In this document: in pieces, positions 50,958-62,588 of the stretch
How positions within the stretch are numbered: position 1 is the stretch's first letter
How the letters are laid out: every line of letters begins with the position of its first letter
NCBI RefSeq assembly: GCF_044324785.1
Contig: NZ_CP172127.1
DNA from: Escherichia coli
GTDB taxonomy: Bacteria > Pseudomonadota > Gammaproteobacteria > Enterobacterales > Enterobacteriaceae
Direction: 5' to 3' (one strand)
Length of the DNA stretch: 64,000 nt
Position numbers and translations under genes: made by a program
Notes under the pieces: model-generated
What the model saw: the letters and a program-made list of their open reading frames with translations, nothing else
The model's database searches: none
What the model was told of the DNA's origin: nothing

Positions 50958-53804
50958 TCAGAAAGTCACATTCAGCGTGGCCTGACCGTTATAACCTTCA
51001 GCGCTGCTGCCGCTGACACTGTGGGCATAACCGGCCTGAACGCCCAGGGTGATATTTTCCCGGACACGGGCTTCCAGTCCGGCCTGCAGGTCCAGTGACG
51101 TGCCATTCCGGGACGGTGAGAACGTCATGTTACTGCCGGCGGCGGCTGTACCCATGCTCATGTCACCCCGGGAGCTGAAAGTGCGGATAACAGAAGGCTG
51201 TACCCACCAGTTCACCGGCAGTTCACTCACACGGTGTTTTGTACTGTCGCGCAGAGTGTCACGGGATGAGGTGCCTTCGCCAAAGGTCATATCGTTGTGG
51301 CTGCCCAGACGGAAGCCGGCACGCACATGTTGTGTACTGCCATGCCCGAACTTCACATAACCGGCGTTATCCTGGCCGTCATCCAGGGAGAGCCCCTGCC
51401 AGGTGTACTGCAGTTGTGGCTCCAGCATCAGGTTGTCAGTGATACTGAAGGGCAGACCGGTTTCCAGTGAGCCCAGCCAGCCCCAGCCCCGGGCGCGGAA
51501 GTCGTTATTGTCCGATGACGCTTTCATGCTGTGGCGGGTTCCCTGTGCCACAATGTCAGCCCACAGGCCGGAGGACGTGTGTGTCAGATTCAGGTATCCG
51601 CCCAGGCTGCCGGCATCATCCCGGACCGTGCCGGCGCGGGAACCGTCATCATCCTTAACATCAACGGAAGAATGGCCTGCAGCACCATATACCCCTGTCG
51701 TCAGAGACATACCGGCAACCTCTGTTCTGAGCAGGTCACCCTCCAGATGGACGAAGCCATAGCTGCCGCTGCTTTCCGGCGTGGCTCCACGGGCAATACC
51801 GCCGTTGTTATCGTGACCGAGATGACCGCCCTGAATGCTGAGACGGACGCTGTTATTTTCACCGCTTACACCGGTCTGATGGCTGCGGGAGCCTGCCAGA
51901 ATCCGGTCATAGTCCATTGCCTGTGTCAGCATGGAGGCATACAGGGGGACTTCAGCACGATAAGCATTTTCACTGCGCAGGTACCAGTCTTCATCGCTGT
52001 CACGGTTCAGGGTGTAGTTAAAGGCTCCGGCCTGAAGCGGGCGACTCAGGGCAAACGCACCTTCTTCTGTGGTGGCACCATTCTGTGCATCCACAACCCG
52101 GATACCCTGTCCGGAGGTTGCCACCCCGAGGTTACTGTTTCCGACATTTGTAAACGCAAGCCAGGTTTTGCCGGTTGCCTGACCACCATTAATCACCAGC
52201 TGGTCAGAGGTATTGCTGCCATCAAGGCGAACACGCATATTGATGGTGCCACCCTGACCGGTGAGGTTACTGGTTGTCAGTTTATGGAACGTTACCGGGG
52301 CGTTGCCTTTTGCAACAGCACGGCTCAGTACGGCATCCGGTGTTGTCTGATTGTCAAAGTAAATCTCCCCTGCGTTAACAATATCGCCGGTACTGACCAC
52401 ATCACCATTCAGTACCATGCTGGCGCCTTTACTGAGCTGTGTTCTGCCACTCAGACTTCCCCCGGCAGCCAGCATCAGTGTTCCACGATGTCCGACAGTG
52501 GTGTTGCTGGCCTGTCCCCCGGCATTAACCGTAAAGCTGCCGCCATTTTCCAGCAGCAGGTCGCTGGCCTGACCGGATATGCCATCAATACTGAACTTAC
52601 CGCTGGCATTGGTCCCCTCAACAGTGGCACCACTGTCTGCTATCAGGGCACCACCGGATGTCATGGTGACATCTGTTGCCTTACCACCGGCAGACACTGC
52701 CAGGGTACCGCCGTCATCCACCAGTGTTTTCTGCGCTGAATGGCCCTCCAGTACATCCAGGCGACCGCCGGACTCCAGAACAACGCCGTCAGCCTTACCG
52801 TTTTCCACTGTGAAATTGCCCAGACGGTTGCTGCCGGTGACGGTTGCCGCCGTACTGGTGACCAGTGCGCCGCCCTGCGTCAGGGTGACATTCGTGGCTG
52901 TACCACCGGCGTTCACCTGCAGTTTGCCTTTCTGGTTAACGGTGGTGAAATCCGCCAGACCACCTTCCTTGATAATCTGCCAGCCGTCACTGTTAACAAC
53001 AGTGCCAGACGCCGTACCGCCGTTGTGCACATACTGGTACCCCCCATTCAGCGTGGTATCCAGTGCGTGACCATGTACAGTCTGGTCGCCGCCGGCATAA
53101 ACCACAGTGGTATTTGCCGTTCCTTCAGCAGCCACAATCTGACGACCATTTTTATTGATGGTGGTGCGTACGGCATCTCCGTAGACGGTCTGCCCGGTAT
53201 CACCATTTTCCGCATCCGGTCCCCCTTCCGCGCCGGTATTCACAACCGTGTCGGTTGCCACTGCGCCGGATTTGACGGCCTGCCAGCCCTTCTCATTAAT
53301 GACGGTACCCGTTGCAATCCCGCCTTCATGTACCCACTGCTCACCGCCGTTCAGCGTGGTGTTCACTGCCTGCCCCTGAAGGCTCTGTCCGCCTCCGGCA
53401 CTGATAACCGTGTCTGAAACGCTTCCTCCGGCATTCACTCTCTGAAGACCACCACCGGTGACAGTAGTGTTGTTGGCGATACCGCCATTTTGTATCCATT
53501 GCCCGCCGGTATTGACCTCGTTATCCGGCCCATACTCCAGCCCGGTACTGATGGTCATTCCGTTGGTCGTACCGAAGACAATCTGGTTGTCATGATTTTC
53601 CAGTGCTCCGCCGCTCACGGTTTCTCCCGCCTGTACAACCGTGTCAGCAGCCAGTGCCGGGACTGATGTGACAGCAGCAAGAGACAGCGCAACCGCCACA
53701 CCGGCGCGTTTTCCCCGTGAGCGGGCCAGTTCGGAGGCCACCACCAGGGTGCCCGTAATGTGATTCCATACCAGCCTGTAGCTGGTGTTCAGATGTCGTT
53801 TCAT
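50958..53804 (-). CDS. flu: Antigen 43 self-associating autotransporter adhesin
   Basis: Start at ATG 53804 ([52 protein letters not shown] extended autotransporter signal peptide); repetitive beta-helix passenger; C-terminal beta-barrel ending in F. Confidence 0.9.
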   Translation of the reverse strand: MKRHLNTSYRLVWNHITGTLVVASELARSRGKRAGVAVALSLAAVTSVPALAADTVVQAGETVSGGALENHDNQIVFGTTNGMTISTGLEYGPDNEVNTGGQWIQNGGIANNTTVTGGGLQRVNAGGSVSDTVISAGGGQSLQGQAVNTTLNGGEQWVHEGGIATGTVINEKGWQAVKSGAVATDTVVNTGAEGGPDAENGDTGQTVYGDAVRTTINKNGRQIVAAEGTANTTVVYAGGDQTVHGHALDTTLNGGYQYVHNGGTASGTVVNSDGWQIIKEGGLADFTTVNQKGKLQVNAGGTATNVTLTQGGALVTSTAATVTGSNRLGNFTVENGKADGVVLESGGRLDVLEGHSAQKTLVDDGGTLAVSAGGKATDVTMTSGGALIADSGATVEGTNASGKFSIDGISGQASDLLLENGGSFTVNAGGQASNTTVGHRGTLMLAAGGSLSGRTQLSKGASMVLNGDVVSTGDIVNAGEIYFDNQTTPDAVLSRAVAKGNAPVTFHKLTTSNLTGQGGTINMRVRLDGSNTSDQLVINGGQATGKTWLAFTNVGNSNLGVATSGQGIRVVDAQNGATTEEGAFALSRPLQAGAFNYTLNRDSDEDWYLRSENAYRAEVPLYASMLTQAMDYDRILAGSRSHQTGVSGENNSVRLSIQGGHLGHDNNGGIARGATPESSGSYGFVHLEGDLLRTEVAGMSLTTGVYGAAGHSSVDVKDDDGSRAGTVRDDAGSLGGYLNLTHTSSGLWADIVAQGTRHSMKASSDNNDFRARGWGWLGSLETGLPFSITDNLMLEPQLQYTWQGLSLDDGQDNAGYVKFGHGSTQHVRAGFRLGSHNDMTFGEGTSSRDTLRDSTKHRVSELPVNWWVQPSVIRTFSSRGDMSMGTAAAGSNMTFSPSRNGTSLDLQAGLEARVRENITLGVQAGYAHSVSGSSAEGYNGQATLNVTF

Positions 53805-54021
53805 CAGCTTTTCCTTACAGAGGGTGAATAAAAAAGCCGGTACCCACAAATGTGGATACCGGCAGGTACAAAACAGCATGGTCAGATAAAGTGTTTTTTC
53901 CCGGACATAAATGCTTCCCCTCTCTCATCCGCCAGAGAAGTATCAGTCCGTTGTGTGCAATTCCGTTCTGCATGATGAAGAGATTCAGCTGCCTTTTCGC
54001 AGGCCATTAACCACTATAAAT

Positions 54022-54057
54022 GATCGATTGTGACGATCGATACCTGTTTTATCGATC
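54022..54057. promoter_or_regulatory. Dam-methylation/OxyR phase-variation switch of agn43 (three GATC sites)
   Basis: GATC at 54022-54025, 54035-54038 and 54054-54057 inside tgatcgattgtgacgatcgatacctgttttatcgatcg, about 220-250 bp upstream of the flu start codon. Confidence 0.6.
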
Positions 54058-54176
54058 GTTTTATTCTATTAATAACAAGGCAGCCACGCAAGAGAAACAG
54101 GAGGAGTATGAGGGGTTTGTGTCATGTTTTCAGTTGGTTAACGCAATGTAATCAGGCATTTCCTCTGGCAGAGTGT

Positions 54177-55049
54177 TCAGAAGAAAATCCAGTTCCATAC
54201 CGCGCGGGCAACAGAGACCACGGTGTCACGGACGGCACGCAGAACCGTACGAGCCACAGAGGCAACACAGACGCTCTCCGCCGTGTCAAATATCCGGTCC
54301 ACCGCACCGGTAAACTGTTCACGGGCCTGCCCCCGGACAGATTCCGTGCACAGCTCGTCCTGCAGGCGGGTCATCAGGGGACTGGCGGCATGGTCGGGAA
54401 GTGCTGTCATGAGCGCACTGACCAGCGTATCCAGTTCCCAGCCGGTGCGGGCCGATACGGCCACAACCGGATGTACGGGCCGGAACAGCCGGAATACCGC
54501 ATCTGTTTTCTCACGAATGTTCTGTTCCTGTGCGGGAGAAGGCTGAATACCTGCCATATCCCATTCATGGCAGGGCTCCGTTTTGTCGGCCTGCGTCACC
54601 ACAAACAGCACCTGCTGATGTCCCCGGTGCAGGATGTGTCGCCAGAAATAGTCATCCACAGACAGGGCCCGGTCATCGGCTTTAATCAGCCACAGTACCA
54701 GGTCAAGTTCAGGCAGAATGTCACGGTACAGGGCTTCATACTCTGCATCCCTGTCCCGGCTCTCGCCCACCCCGGGCAGGTCAGTGATAACCATGCTGTG
54801 ACCATGGCCACTCAGACGGAAGCGCTGCACTTCCCGGGTGCCGGCGTGAACATCACTGACCGGGGTGACCTCCCCCTGAAACAGTGCATTACAGAGTGAG
54901 GATTTACCGGCCCCGCTTTTTCCCATAATGCCAATCACGGGTTCGTGGCTGGTGAGTTTGCGCAGATGTTCCAGGATGTGACGGGAAAGTGAGTAAGGCA
55001 GGGAGGAGAGCGGTTTTTCAATTGCCTCAATGGCATCAGACGGATTCAT
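54177..55049 (-). CDS. YeeP/YfjP-family GTPase (50S ribosome-binding GTPase domain)
   Basis: Start at ATG 55049 (MNPSDAIEAIEKPLSSLPYSLS...); P-loop GIMGKSGAGKSS; located upstream of flu as in CP4-44. Confidence 0.75.
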   Translation of the reverse strand: MNPSDAIEAIEKPLSSLPYSLSRHILEHLRKLTSHEPVIGIMGKSGAGKSSLCNALFQGEVTPVSDVHAGTREVQRFRLSGHGHSMVITDLPGVGESRDRDAEYEALYRDILPELDLVLWLIKADDRALSVDDYFWRHILHRGHQQVLFVVTQADKTEPCHEWDMAGIQPSPAQEQNIREKTDAVFRLFRPVHPVVAVSARTGWELDTLVSALMTALPDHAASPLMTRLQDELCTESVRGQAREQFTGAVDRIFDTAESVCVASVARTVLRAVRDTVVSVARAVWNWIFF

Positions 55050-55278
55050 ACATGTATTCCCGGTGAAAAAAGACAAAACCCCGCGCACCGGAAAGGTGGC
55101 GGGGGGATTCACGGAGATAATATCTGCCTGAAATTATTTGGAATGCAGGTATATGTGGCTGATTTGTATCAGCTAATGAGTACAGGTCTGAATCTAATCT
55201 GACAGTCCGCTCTGTGCCAGGAGCGGACATTGTTTTCCAACTATTACCTAAGCCTGCGAACCATCTCATCTTCACCCC

Positions 55279-56166
55279 TTAAATTCTCAATGTATCGATA
55301 ACCGCTCGTAGGGCGGGTGACACATTGCGGTGCGGATAATAGATATATGAACCCTCCAGGCGTTGGCTGTAGCATTGCAAAACTCTGATTAGCGCCCCCT
55401 GTTCTATATCATCAGACACTAATTCCTCCGGAACATAAGCCAGCCCCAGACCTAGCCTTGCGGCTTTGGCTTCCATATAACTGTCAGCAAAGGCCCATTG
55501 TCCCTGAGGCTGATGGGTGATCTTTTTACCGTCCTGATTGAGTTCCCAGGCATACAGACTGCCGTCGCCGAACTGGTAAGCGATGCAGGGATGACCTACT
55601 AAATCGGTGGGGGTTTGTGGAAATCCGTAGCGCTGAAAGTGCCCGGGCGTGCCGACAACAGCCATCTCCATATCGGGCGAAATGCGCACCGCAACCATAC
55701 CGCTATCCACTTCCGAGCCCAGACGTATACCGGCATCGAAGCGCTCAGTAATAATATCGACAAACCGGCTTTCGCTGATGAGCTCCAGCCGAATATCCGG
55801 GTATCGTTGTTTAAACACCGCCAGCTTCGGCAGCAGCACTTTATCAATGGCGTGCTGGCTCGCATTAATTCGGACCGTACCCGATGGTGTATGGCGATAA
55901 TGGGCCAGCGTGGCAAGCCCCATATCTAAGGCGTCAAATCCAGATTCGACGTTTCGATAGAGTAACTCGCCGGCATGGGTGAGCGATAACTTGCGCGTGG
56001 TGCGTACCAGAAGCTGCACGCCCAGTCGCTCTTCCAGCTCGCGCACTGCACGGCTAATTCCTGACTGCGCCAGGCCAAGCCTCTGCGCGGCGGCGGTAAA
56101 ACTCCCTTCTCGCACGACCTGCATAAACAGATAGAGATCGTTATAGTTTTCCCGTTTCGCCATCAT
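55279..56166 (-). CDS. LysR-family transcriptional regulator
   Basis: 295 aa with N-terminal HTH (FTAAAQRLGLAQSGISRAVRELEERLGVQLL) and LysR substrate-binding domain; divergent from the hydrolase gene. Confidence 0.8.
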   Translation of the reverse strand: MMAKRENYNDLYLFMQVVREGSFTAAAQRLGLAQSGISRAVRELEERLGVQLLVRTTRKLSLTHAGELLYRNVESGFDALDMGLATLAHYRHTPSGTVRINASQHAIDKVLLPKLAVFKQRYPDIRLELISESRFVDIITERFDAGIRLGSEVDSGMVAVRISPDMEMAVVGTPGHFQRYGFPQTPTDLVGHPCIAYQFGDGSLYAWELNQDGKKITHQPQGQWAFADSYMEAKAARLGLGLAYVPEELVSDDIEQGALIRVLQCYSQRLEGSYIYYPHRNVSPALRAVIDTLRI

Positions 56167-56333
56167 CCTTCCCCTGCTGCATCACAATTCAGAACAATAT
56201 GTTATTAATCTTAGCATTTTTTACCCTCTAATTAGCACTATTAATGCTAACTATAATGTGCGCGTTGCAACAAAGCACAGCAGTGTTATCCGTATGAAAC
56301 CAGTATCTGGCACATTTTATGAGGGGGATTTTG

Positions 56334-57470
56334 ATGACTGCTTTCACCCAAAAATTGACAGCCGCGATATCCACCATGCTGTTATGCGTATCATTAAGTG
56401 GAGTCACAAATATGAGTTACGCTGATACAACCAATCCGAACGCGCCCGTTTCGCAGGTCGAGAAATGGGATAAAACTTTTGCTGAGAGCACGAAAGTTGA
56501 TCACCGTAAGGTGACCTTTCCGAACCGGTACGGGATCACCTTAGTCGGGGATCTCTATATACCGAAGGATCGTGGCGATCGCAAGATGGCAGCAATTGCT
56601 GTTAGTGGCCCCTTCGGGGCGGTGAAAGAGCAATCCAGTGGCCTGTATGCGCAGACGCTGGCTGAACGGGGGTTTGTCACTCTGGCTTTTGACCCTTCAT
56701 ACACGGGGGAAAGCGGCGGCTACCCGCGAAACGTCGCATCTCCGGATATCAACACCGAGGATTTCAGCGCGGCGGTTGATTTCTTAGGCCTGCAAAAAGA
56801 GGTGGATCGCAACCGTATCGGGTTGCTCGGCATCTGCGGATGGGGTGGCATGGCCTTAAACGACGCCGCGATGGACACACGTGTCAAGGCGGTGGCGAGC
56901 AGCGTGATGTATGACATGAGCCGTGCAATGGGGCATGGCGTGGGCGATGGCAAAGACCGCTATACCACTGCCGATCGTCGTGCCGTATTGCAGTATTTGA
57001 ACATGCAGCGCTGGAAGGATGCTGAAAATGGCGCTTTCGCGCCAGGCGGGCATGATATTTACGTTGATGAGAAGGGCAACGTCACCGCTTCCGATCGTAT
57101 TTTACCGGAAACTTTGCCAGCGAATTCTAATCCGGTATTGAAAGAGTTCTTTGATTATTACCGCATGCCGCGTGGTTTCCATGCGCGTTCGGTCAACTCA
57201 ACCAGTGCCTGGAATGCAACCATGCCGCTGTCATTTATGAATATGCCGCTGCTGAGTTACGCTAATGAAGTTACTATCCCTACACTCATCGTGACCGGTG
57301 AAAAAGCCCATTCACGCTATTTTGCTGAAGATGCCTTTAAGGCAATCGGCAGCAAAGAGAAAGAGTTAGTGATTGTCCCCGAGGCAAACCATGTTGATCT
57401 GTACGACAACGTTGCGGGTAAGATCCCATTTGCCAAATTTGAGCAATTTTTCAAGGCAAACTTAAGATAA
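56334..57470 (+). CDS. Secreted alpha/beta-hydrolase-fold protein
   Basis: ATG 56334 with GAGGGGG Shine-Dalgarno; predicted signal peptide (MTAFTQKLTAAISTMLLCVSLSGVTNMSYA); GICGWGG nucleophile-elbow-like motif. Confidence 0.55.
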   Translation: MTAFTQKLTAAISTMLLCVSLSGVTNMSYADTTNPNAPVSQVEKWDKTFAESTKVDHRKVTFPNRYGITLVGDLYIPKDRGDRKMAAIAVSGPFGAVKEQSSGLYAQTLAERGFVTLAFDPSYTGESGGYPRNVASPDINTEDFSAAVDFLGLQKEVDRNRIGLLGICGWGGMALNDAAMDTRVKAVASSVMYDMSRAMGHGVGDGKDRYTTADRRAVLQYLNMQRWKDAENGAFAPGGHDIYVDEKGNVTASDRILPETLPANSNPVLKEFFDYYRMPRGFHARSVNSTSAWNATMPLSFMNMPLLSYANEVTIPTLIVTGEKAHSRYFAEDAFKAIGSKEKELVIVPEANHVDLYDNVAGKIPFAKFEQFFKANLR

Positions 57471-57646
57471 CCCGAAAGGTTTACCAGGCCACCTGTCGTA
57501 AACGGGTGGCTTTTAACTGCCTGGTGTGATGCAGAATATGCCGCATCTCCCTATATTCTCACCCAACTATTATGTCGTTATTCCCTGAATAACTTCTGAC
57601 CCGATTGCGCTTGAATCTGGCTGGTTCGATATTAAGGGGGCTAATA

Positions 57647-58840
57647 ATGTCCACTGTAAGTCTCAAACAATTATACGGAAAAACGCATGCATACTGGAGC
57701 GGCGTATTCGCCATGACGCTTTGCGTGTTTGTGCTGATCGCTTCTGAGTTTATGCCAGTCAGCCTGCTTACGCTCATTGCCCATGATTTGCACGTTACCG
57801 AAGGGCTGGCAGGGCAAGGAATTGCTGTCTCTGGTGCGCTGGCGGTGCTTACCAGTCTGACTATCTCCCGTATTACCGGAGACCTGAATCGAAAATATCT
57901 TCTGCTGGGGCTGACGGCCTTAATGGCCATATCGGGAATAGTTATCACCATAGCACCTGACTATCCGGTTTATATGCTGGGGAGGGCCCTGATTGGTATC
58001 GTCATTGGAGGGTTCTGGTCAATGTCGGCTGCAACCGCCATTCGGCTCGTGCCGAAGCAGCATGTCCCCCGCGCACTGGCAATTTTTAACGGCGGAAACG
58101 CACTGGCCACCGTTGTGGCAGCGCCACTTGGTAGCTATCTGGGGACAACCATCGGCTGGCGTGGGGCCTTTTTATGTCTGGTCCCCCTTGCGATAGCTGC
58201 GTTCATCTGGCAATGGGTCAGTCTGCCTCCGATGGAAAGTGATAAAACACAAAAGCTACAGAGATCTGTGCTTCGCCTGTTCAGCGTTGCCATCGTACCA
58301 ACGGGACTGCTGGCCTGCGGACTCTTCTTTATGGGACAGTTTGCTTTATTTACCTACGTGCGCCCCTTTCTGGAGAGCGTCACCAGAGTGGGACCTTCTG
58401 ATCTTTCTCTGATTTTGCTCGCAATAGGTGTAGCAGGTTTTGTCGGCACAATGATCGTCTCAACATTCCTGAACACCATATTTTATAAGACCTTAATAAT
58501 GATCCCGTTGCTTATGGCAGCGATTACCGGTGCGTTACTGCTGGTCGGACACCATATCTGGGCTGTTGCCGTTTTACTCAGCCTGTGGGGGCTACTTGCG
58601 ACAGCTGCGCCAACGGGGTGGTGGACATGGATAGCACGCGCGTTACCCGAAGATGCAGAGACGGGGGGAGGCCTCATGGTTGCAGTGATTCAGTTATCTA
58701 TTGCACTTGGTTCAACGGCTGGAGGTCTGGTATTCGACAGTCTGGGATGGAGAAGTGCTTTTGGTTTAAGTGGTTTGTTACTTCTGGGAGCGGTAGCGAT
58801 GACATGTGCCACATCCCGTCAAAACAGGAAGGCGCAGTAG
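57647..58840 (+). CDS. Major facilitator superfamily transporter
   Basis: ATG 57647 with AAGGGGG Shine-Dalgarno; about 12 predicted TM helices; MFS-like loop motif GRALIGIVIGGFWS. Confidence 0.8.
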   Translation: MSTVSLKQLYGKTHAYWSGVFAMTLCVFVLIASEFMPVSLLTLIAHDLHVTEGLAGQGIAVSGALAVLTSLTISRITGDLNRKYLLLGLTALMAISGIVITIAPDYPVYMLGRALIGIVIGGFWSMSAATAIRLVPKQHVPRALAIFNGGNALATVVAAPLGSYLGTTIGWRGAFLCLVPLAIAAFIWQWVSLPPMESDKTQKLQRSVLRLFSVAIVPTGLLACGLFFMGQFALFTYVRPFLESVTRVGPSDLSLILLAIGVAGFVGTMIVSTFLNTIFYKTLIMIPLLMAAITGALLLVGHHIWAVAVLLSLWGLLATAAPTGWWTWIARALPEDAETGGGLMVAVIQLSIALGSTAGGLVFDSLGWRSAFGLSGLLLLGAVAMTCATSRQNRKAQ

Positions 58841-61302
58841 CGCAATCCTTTTATTTCTGGCGTACGCTCTTTAAGGCATCCGGCTGAGAGGCTAATGATC
58901 ACTCCTCGCTCACAACGGACCTTCAGCTCAGCCGCTCCGGCCGCTTCATGCCATGAATGTACGCAGCCAGTCAGAATATTAAGGTGCGGATTTCAGTTCA
59001 CTTGTCAGCCCAGTGATACAGGACAGTAATGACCAACAATTTGGTATTGATACAACAAGTTGCGGCCCCGGTTCGTGGGGGAGATGAAACGACGGTAGCT
59101 GAAGTTACTGAAATGAAGAATTCAGAGAGACTGAATGATATGCCTCACCTTTAGTGAATAGTGTAAAAACGGGAGACTCTCACCCGAGATTATCCACTCA
59201 TGCTCAATGTATAATTTTCGTGCCCCTCACAGGTAAGAGCCGGATGCATTCGTTGTGTACGTTGCAGAATTGGTAACCGGGGACCCTGCAGTCTTTAACT
59301 CCGAGTCTTGTGCTGCTCATTTGCCACAAAATCCTGGTACGCCAGCTCAATCATTTCATTCAACAGTTTTTTTGGGGGGCACCACGACTTCGGGCAATAC
59401 TTTCAGGCTGTTTGTGGATTTTTCCGGACAGTTTCAGCGGAACGGAACCATCAGCACGTTCATCACGCCTTTTTTGTTGCTCCCGGGCACTTTTCAGTTC
59501 ATCCACAATATAGCTGCTCTTCTCGCATTTTTGCCGATTTTAAAAATGCGAACAAAACATCCGTACATGATGTACAGATTAAACTGCCAGGGACTGGTGT
59601 CAGAAAGCCTCCGGTTAGCCTGCTCTTTCCGGAATGTGCCGGTTATGAAAAACCGGAAATTCAGTCTCTGTTGTAAGATGTACCCTCTGATACTACGTTT
59701 TCGTTTTCTCTGTGTATTTAACTCACTGTATTTATTGTCTTTTTAAGCCTGACTGATATTCTCCGGTCATAGTGTGCCGGATAGACATCCCGTAACCTTC
59801 TCATTTTTATATAAAAATACCTGCACTGTCTTCAGCGCATCTGTCTCCTTTAAGTAAAAAATGTTTTCACGTATTGCTGTAAATTCATTTTAAATCAGTA
59901 TGTTATCCTGATATTGCTGTCTCCTGGTTTGATGCGTAATCGTTCTGCCTTTCTGGATGATTCTGGTGCTTCCGGGTGCATTCTCCTCTGCACATGCAAC
60001 AGTTCGTCATCGCCACGTGCCCAAAAAGCATATAAAAACGAATCGAATCTGATCGTTTTTTCAATCGTTTTTCACAGGAATTTCGTAGGGTGTTCTCCGC
60101 TATAGCCTCCATATTTGCTGTCTTTTTCTTCATAAATCGTATGCAATATAACCAGTCTGTCAAGACATCTTCCCTGCTGTTGAGGTGACGATCTCATTTC
60201 TGGTCTTTTCCGGGAGAGAGACGGTCAGATGAGCGAGCCGGATTTACTGCCAGAGGTACTCCCCGCGGCAGAAAATAGTGCTCCTGTTTCCGCAATCCGG
60301 GATCGGCAACGTCCCATGGTTAATGCCACTTGCAGCGTCAGGCACTGCAGGTTTACGTCGTGATCTGATTTCTTCTGCACTTATCCCGATCACGGAAGTT
60401 CCCCCTGCGCAGACATCGGTTCCTGCCGACATCTCACAATACCGCCAGGCTGTCATGCAGTAACACCCGCAATGCGGTCTGCGGTTTTAAGCGCACTCTC
60501 CTGTTTTCAGTGCACCGATAAGCGTTATAGAAAGTCTGGGGTGAGTTACTGAATGTCTGTTAAGTGGTGCCGTGGGTGGAGACTGCTTACTTTTCCACAG
60601 CAACTGCAGTCATTCAGGATGCTCAGGAGAGAATATGTCAACGCCACGAGCCGGGCCATTTTCATGCCAGCCAGTATATTTTCTACACTGATGCAGTCTG
60701 ATTTTCACCATTCCATCCTCACTGATTGTCGTGTTGTTTTGGGTCATCACCACAGCTTTCCGTTTCTCTTTTAATCGGTAACGCTCTCCTTTGATATTCA
60801 GCGTGGTTGAGTGATGCAGCAGTCAATCCAGGAGCGCTGTTGTCCGGCAACCACCATATCAACTTCTTCCCGGCGTGCCGGCGCTGGTATCCAGGCCGGG
60901 TTTCGAAGCGAAGCGTTCCTGACGGACTCATTGACATCCGGGCCGGATGTAGTCATGCAGCATGGAACGTCCGCCCGTATACACTGACGGCGTCCGGCCG
61001 TGTACAGAGATCGGTAAAATTCGTTACTACAACTGTTCCTGAATATCTGACGAAGAAACATTCAGCAATAACATCCGGCCGTGTACATCTCTTTTGCGGT
61101 GCAGGGAGCACTGTCGCCATGTACTTATTGTCACCAGGGTGAGGCATGTACCGCAGCATGCCAGCTCAGCAATGACAGGATGCCCTTAAGACATCCGTCA
61201 TGGCTCAGTATGATGACGACGAACACGCTCTGCAGGTGAGCATGCAGGGCCGGGGGTATCATCATTTCCGTATTTTGCCGCACCTTCCGGAAACAACCGG
61301 CA

Positions 61303-61920
61303 TCAGTTACGGTTACCGTCAACCGTTGTGCGGTATGCCAGGAGCACGTACTGATCCATCAGATCCGTCAGTGCTGCGTTCTGCTTCTGACGGTCGATGA
61401 TCCATTCCCCCAGCTCTTTTTCTGATTTCCGTTTCAGGTTCTCCGTCCAGTCGTCAAGGCTGTTTCCGGTCATTAAATCAAGCCAGCAAAGCCAGACCAG
61501 TTTGAGGCGCAACTCCGTGCCACCAAACTGACGGAAGAGGCTGATCAGTTTATTTGCCAGAGAACGCTGCCTCAGACGTTCACATTCAGACAGCAGAATC
61601 CCTTCCAGCATCGGATGATGAACCAGCAGATGTTCGCTGGTGCATAAGTTCACCACCAGATCATCATCCAGGGGCGGCGTGGCCCGTTTGTCAGAGCCAT
61701 AAATCAGCCGGTGCAGACTCCGGGGTACGATGGCAATCTTCGGTTTTTCACCATTGAATGACACCCACCCGGGCGTCAGATTATGGAAGTAGTGGATATT
61801 CGGATGACACACGCCCCAGGATACGGCGTGCCGGGTGAAGCCGGTCAGCCATTTCTGGTAGCTTTCGTGGAGCAGCTCGTAACGGGTCTGATACTGTGGT
61901 TTCATTTTCATATTCCTCAC
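61303..61920 (-). CDS. Inovirus Gp2-like protein (YfjJ/YagK family), island-associated
   Basis: 205-aa ORF adjacent to alpA, as in CP4-57-like elements; assignment from recall. Confidence 0.5.
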   Translation of the reverse strand: MRNMKMKPQYQTRYELLHESYQKWLTGFTRHAVSWGVCHPNIHYFHNLTPGWVSFNGEKPKIAIVPRSLHRLIYGSDKRATPPLDDDLVVNLCTSEHLLVHHPMLEGILLSECERLRQRSLANKLISLFRQFGGTELRLKLVWLCWLDLMTGNSLDDWTENLKRKSEKELGEWIIDRQKQNAALTDLMDQYVLLAYRTTVDGNRN

Positions 61921-61998
61921 GGGGGATAACAGGCAGCAGAGTGCCGCCGGCAGGCCGGAGATTGCGTCTGCTGTGGGCGAAGGGCCAGTGGTTAAAAA

Positions 61999-62205
61999 TT
62001 ACGGACGGGACTGTGCAATACGCGCCTGCAGCCAGGCTTCCACTTCACTTTTCAGCCAGCGGGAGCTGCGGCCGAGTTTGATGGGAGCCGGAAAGGCCCC
62101 ATCCTTGATGAGCTTGTAAAACCACTTATCGGTCAGGCCGGTCAGCTGAGTGATAAACGTCATATCGACCATCTGGTCATCCATCAGCGAAACTGGGGTG
62201 GTCAT
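61999..62205 (-). CDS. alpA: AlpA-family phage/island transcriptional regulator (excisionase-like HTH)
   Basis: 68 aa; FITQLTGLTDKWFYKLIKDGAFPAPIKLGRSSRWLKSEVEAWL matches the recalled AlpA family. Confidence 0.8.
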   Translation of the reverse strand: MTTPVSLMDDQMVDMTFITQLTGLTDKWFYKLIKDGAFPAPIKLGRSSRWLKSEVEAWLQARIAQSRP

Positions 62206-62588
62206 AAAAATCTTCTCCGGATGTTGTTAATCTCAGCCGGCGTTGATGATGAAAACAACGCACCACCTTCACCGGCATAACAACCGGGGAGAAACGTAAA
62301 AAATCAGTAGGGGAATATTCCTGCCAGGAGAGAAACTGTTGTGTACAGGCAATACAGGTTGTCTGTTTTGTCAGTGAAGCCGGTATAAACGGAAGATGAT
62401 TTTGTGTTGCCGGAATATGGGATGGCGTTTTGCCGTGACAGGATCAGTATTTTCAGTGATGATTATTACTGTGCAGGGGAGTACCGGAGATAAACCACGC
62501 CCTGTACCTGCCAGAGCGGAGGTTTGTATTGACTGAACGGAAGATAAAGCGAGGTAAACACTGTTGCGGTGAGCGGAGAAGACTGAGA

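Noticed and set aside
51049-53417. Plus-strand ORFs up to 402 aa inside the Ag43 gene
   Set aside because: Antisense to the repetitive passenger-domain coding sequence, which generates long open frames by composition; translations are Gly/Cys/Thr-rich low-complexity.
59255-59746. ORFs of 122-163 aa in the ORF-poor island stretch
   Set aside because: Overlapping alternative frames with low-complexity, Cys/Phe-rich translations and no ribosome-binding sites; treated as non-coding or decayed sequence.
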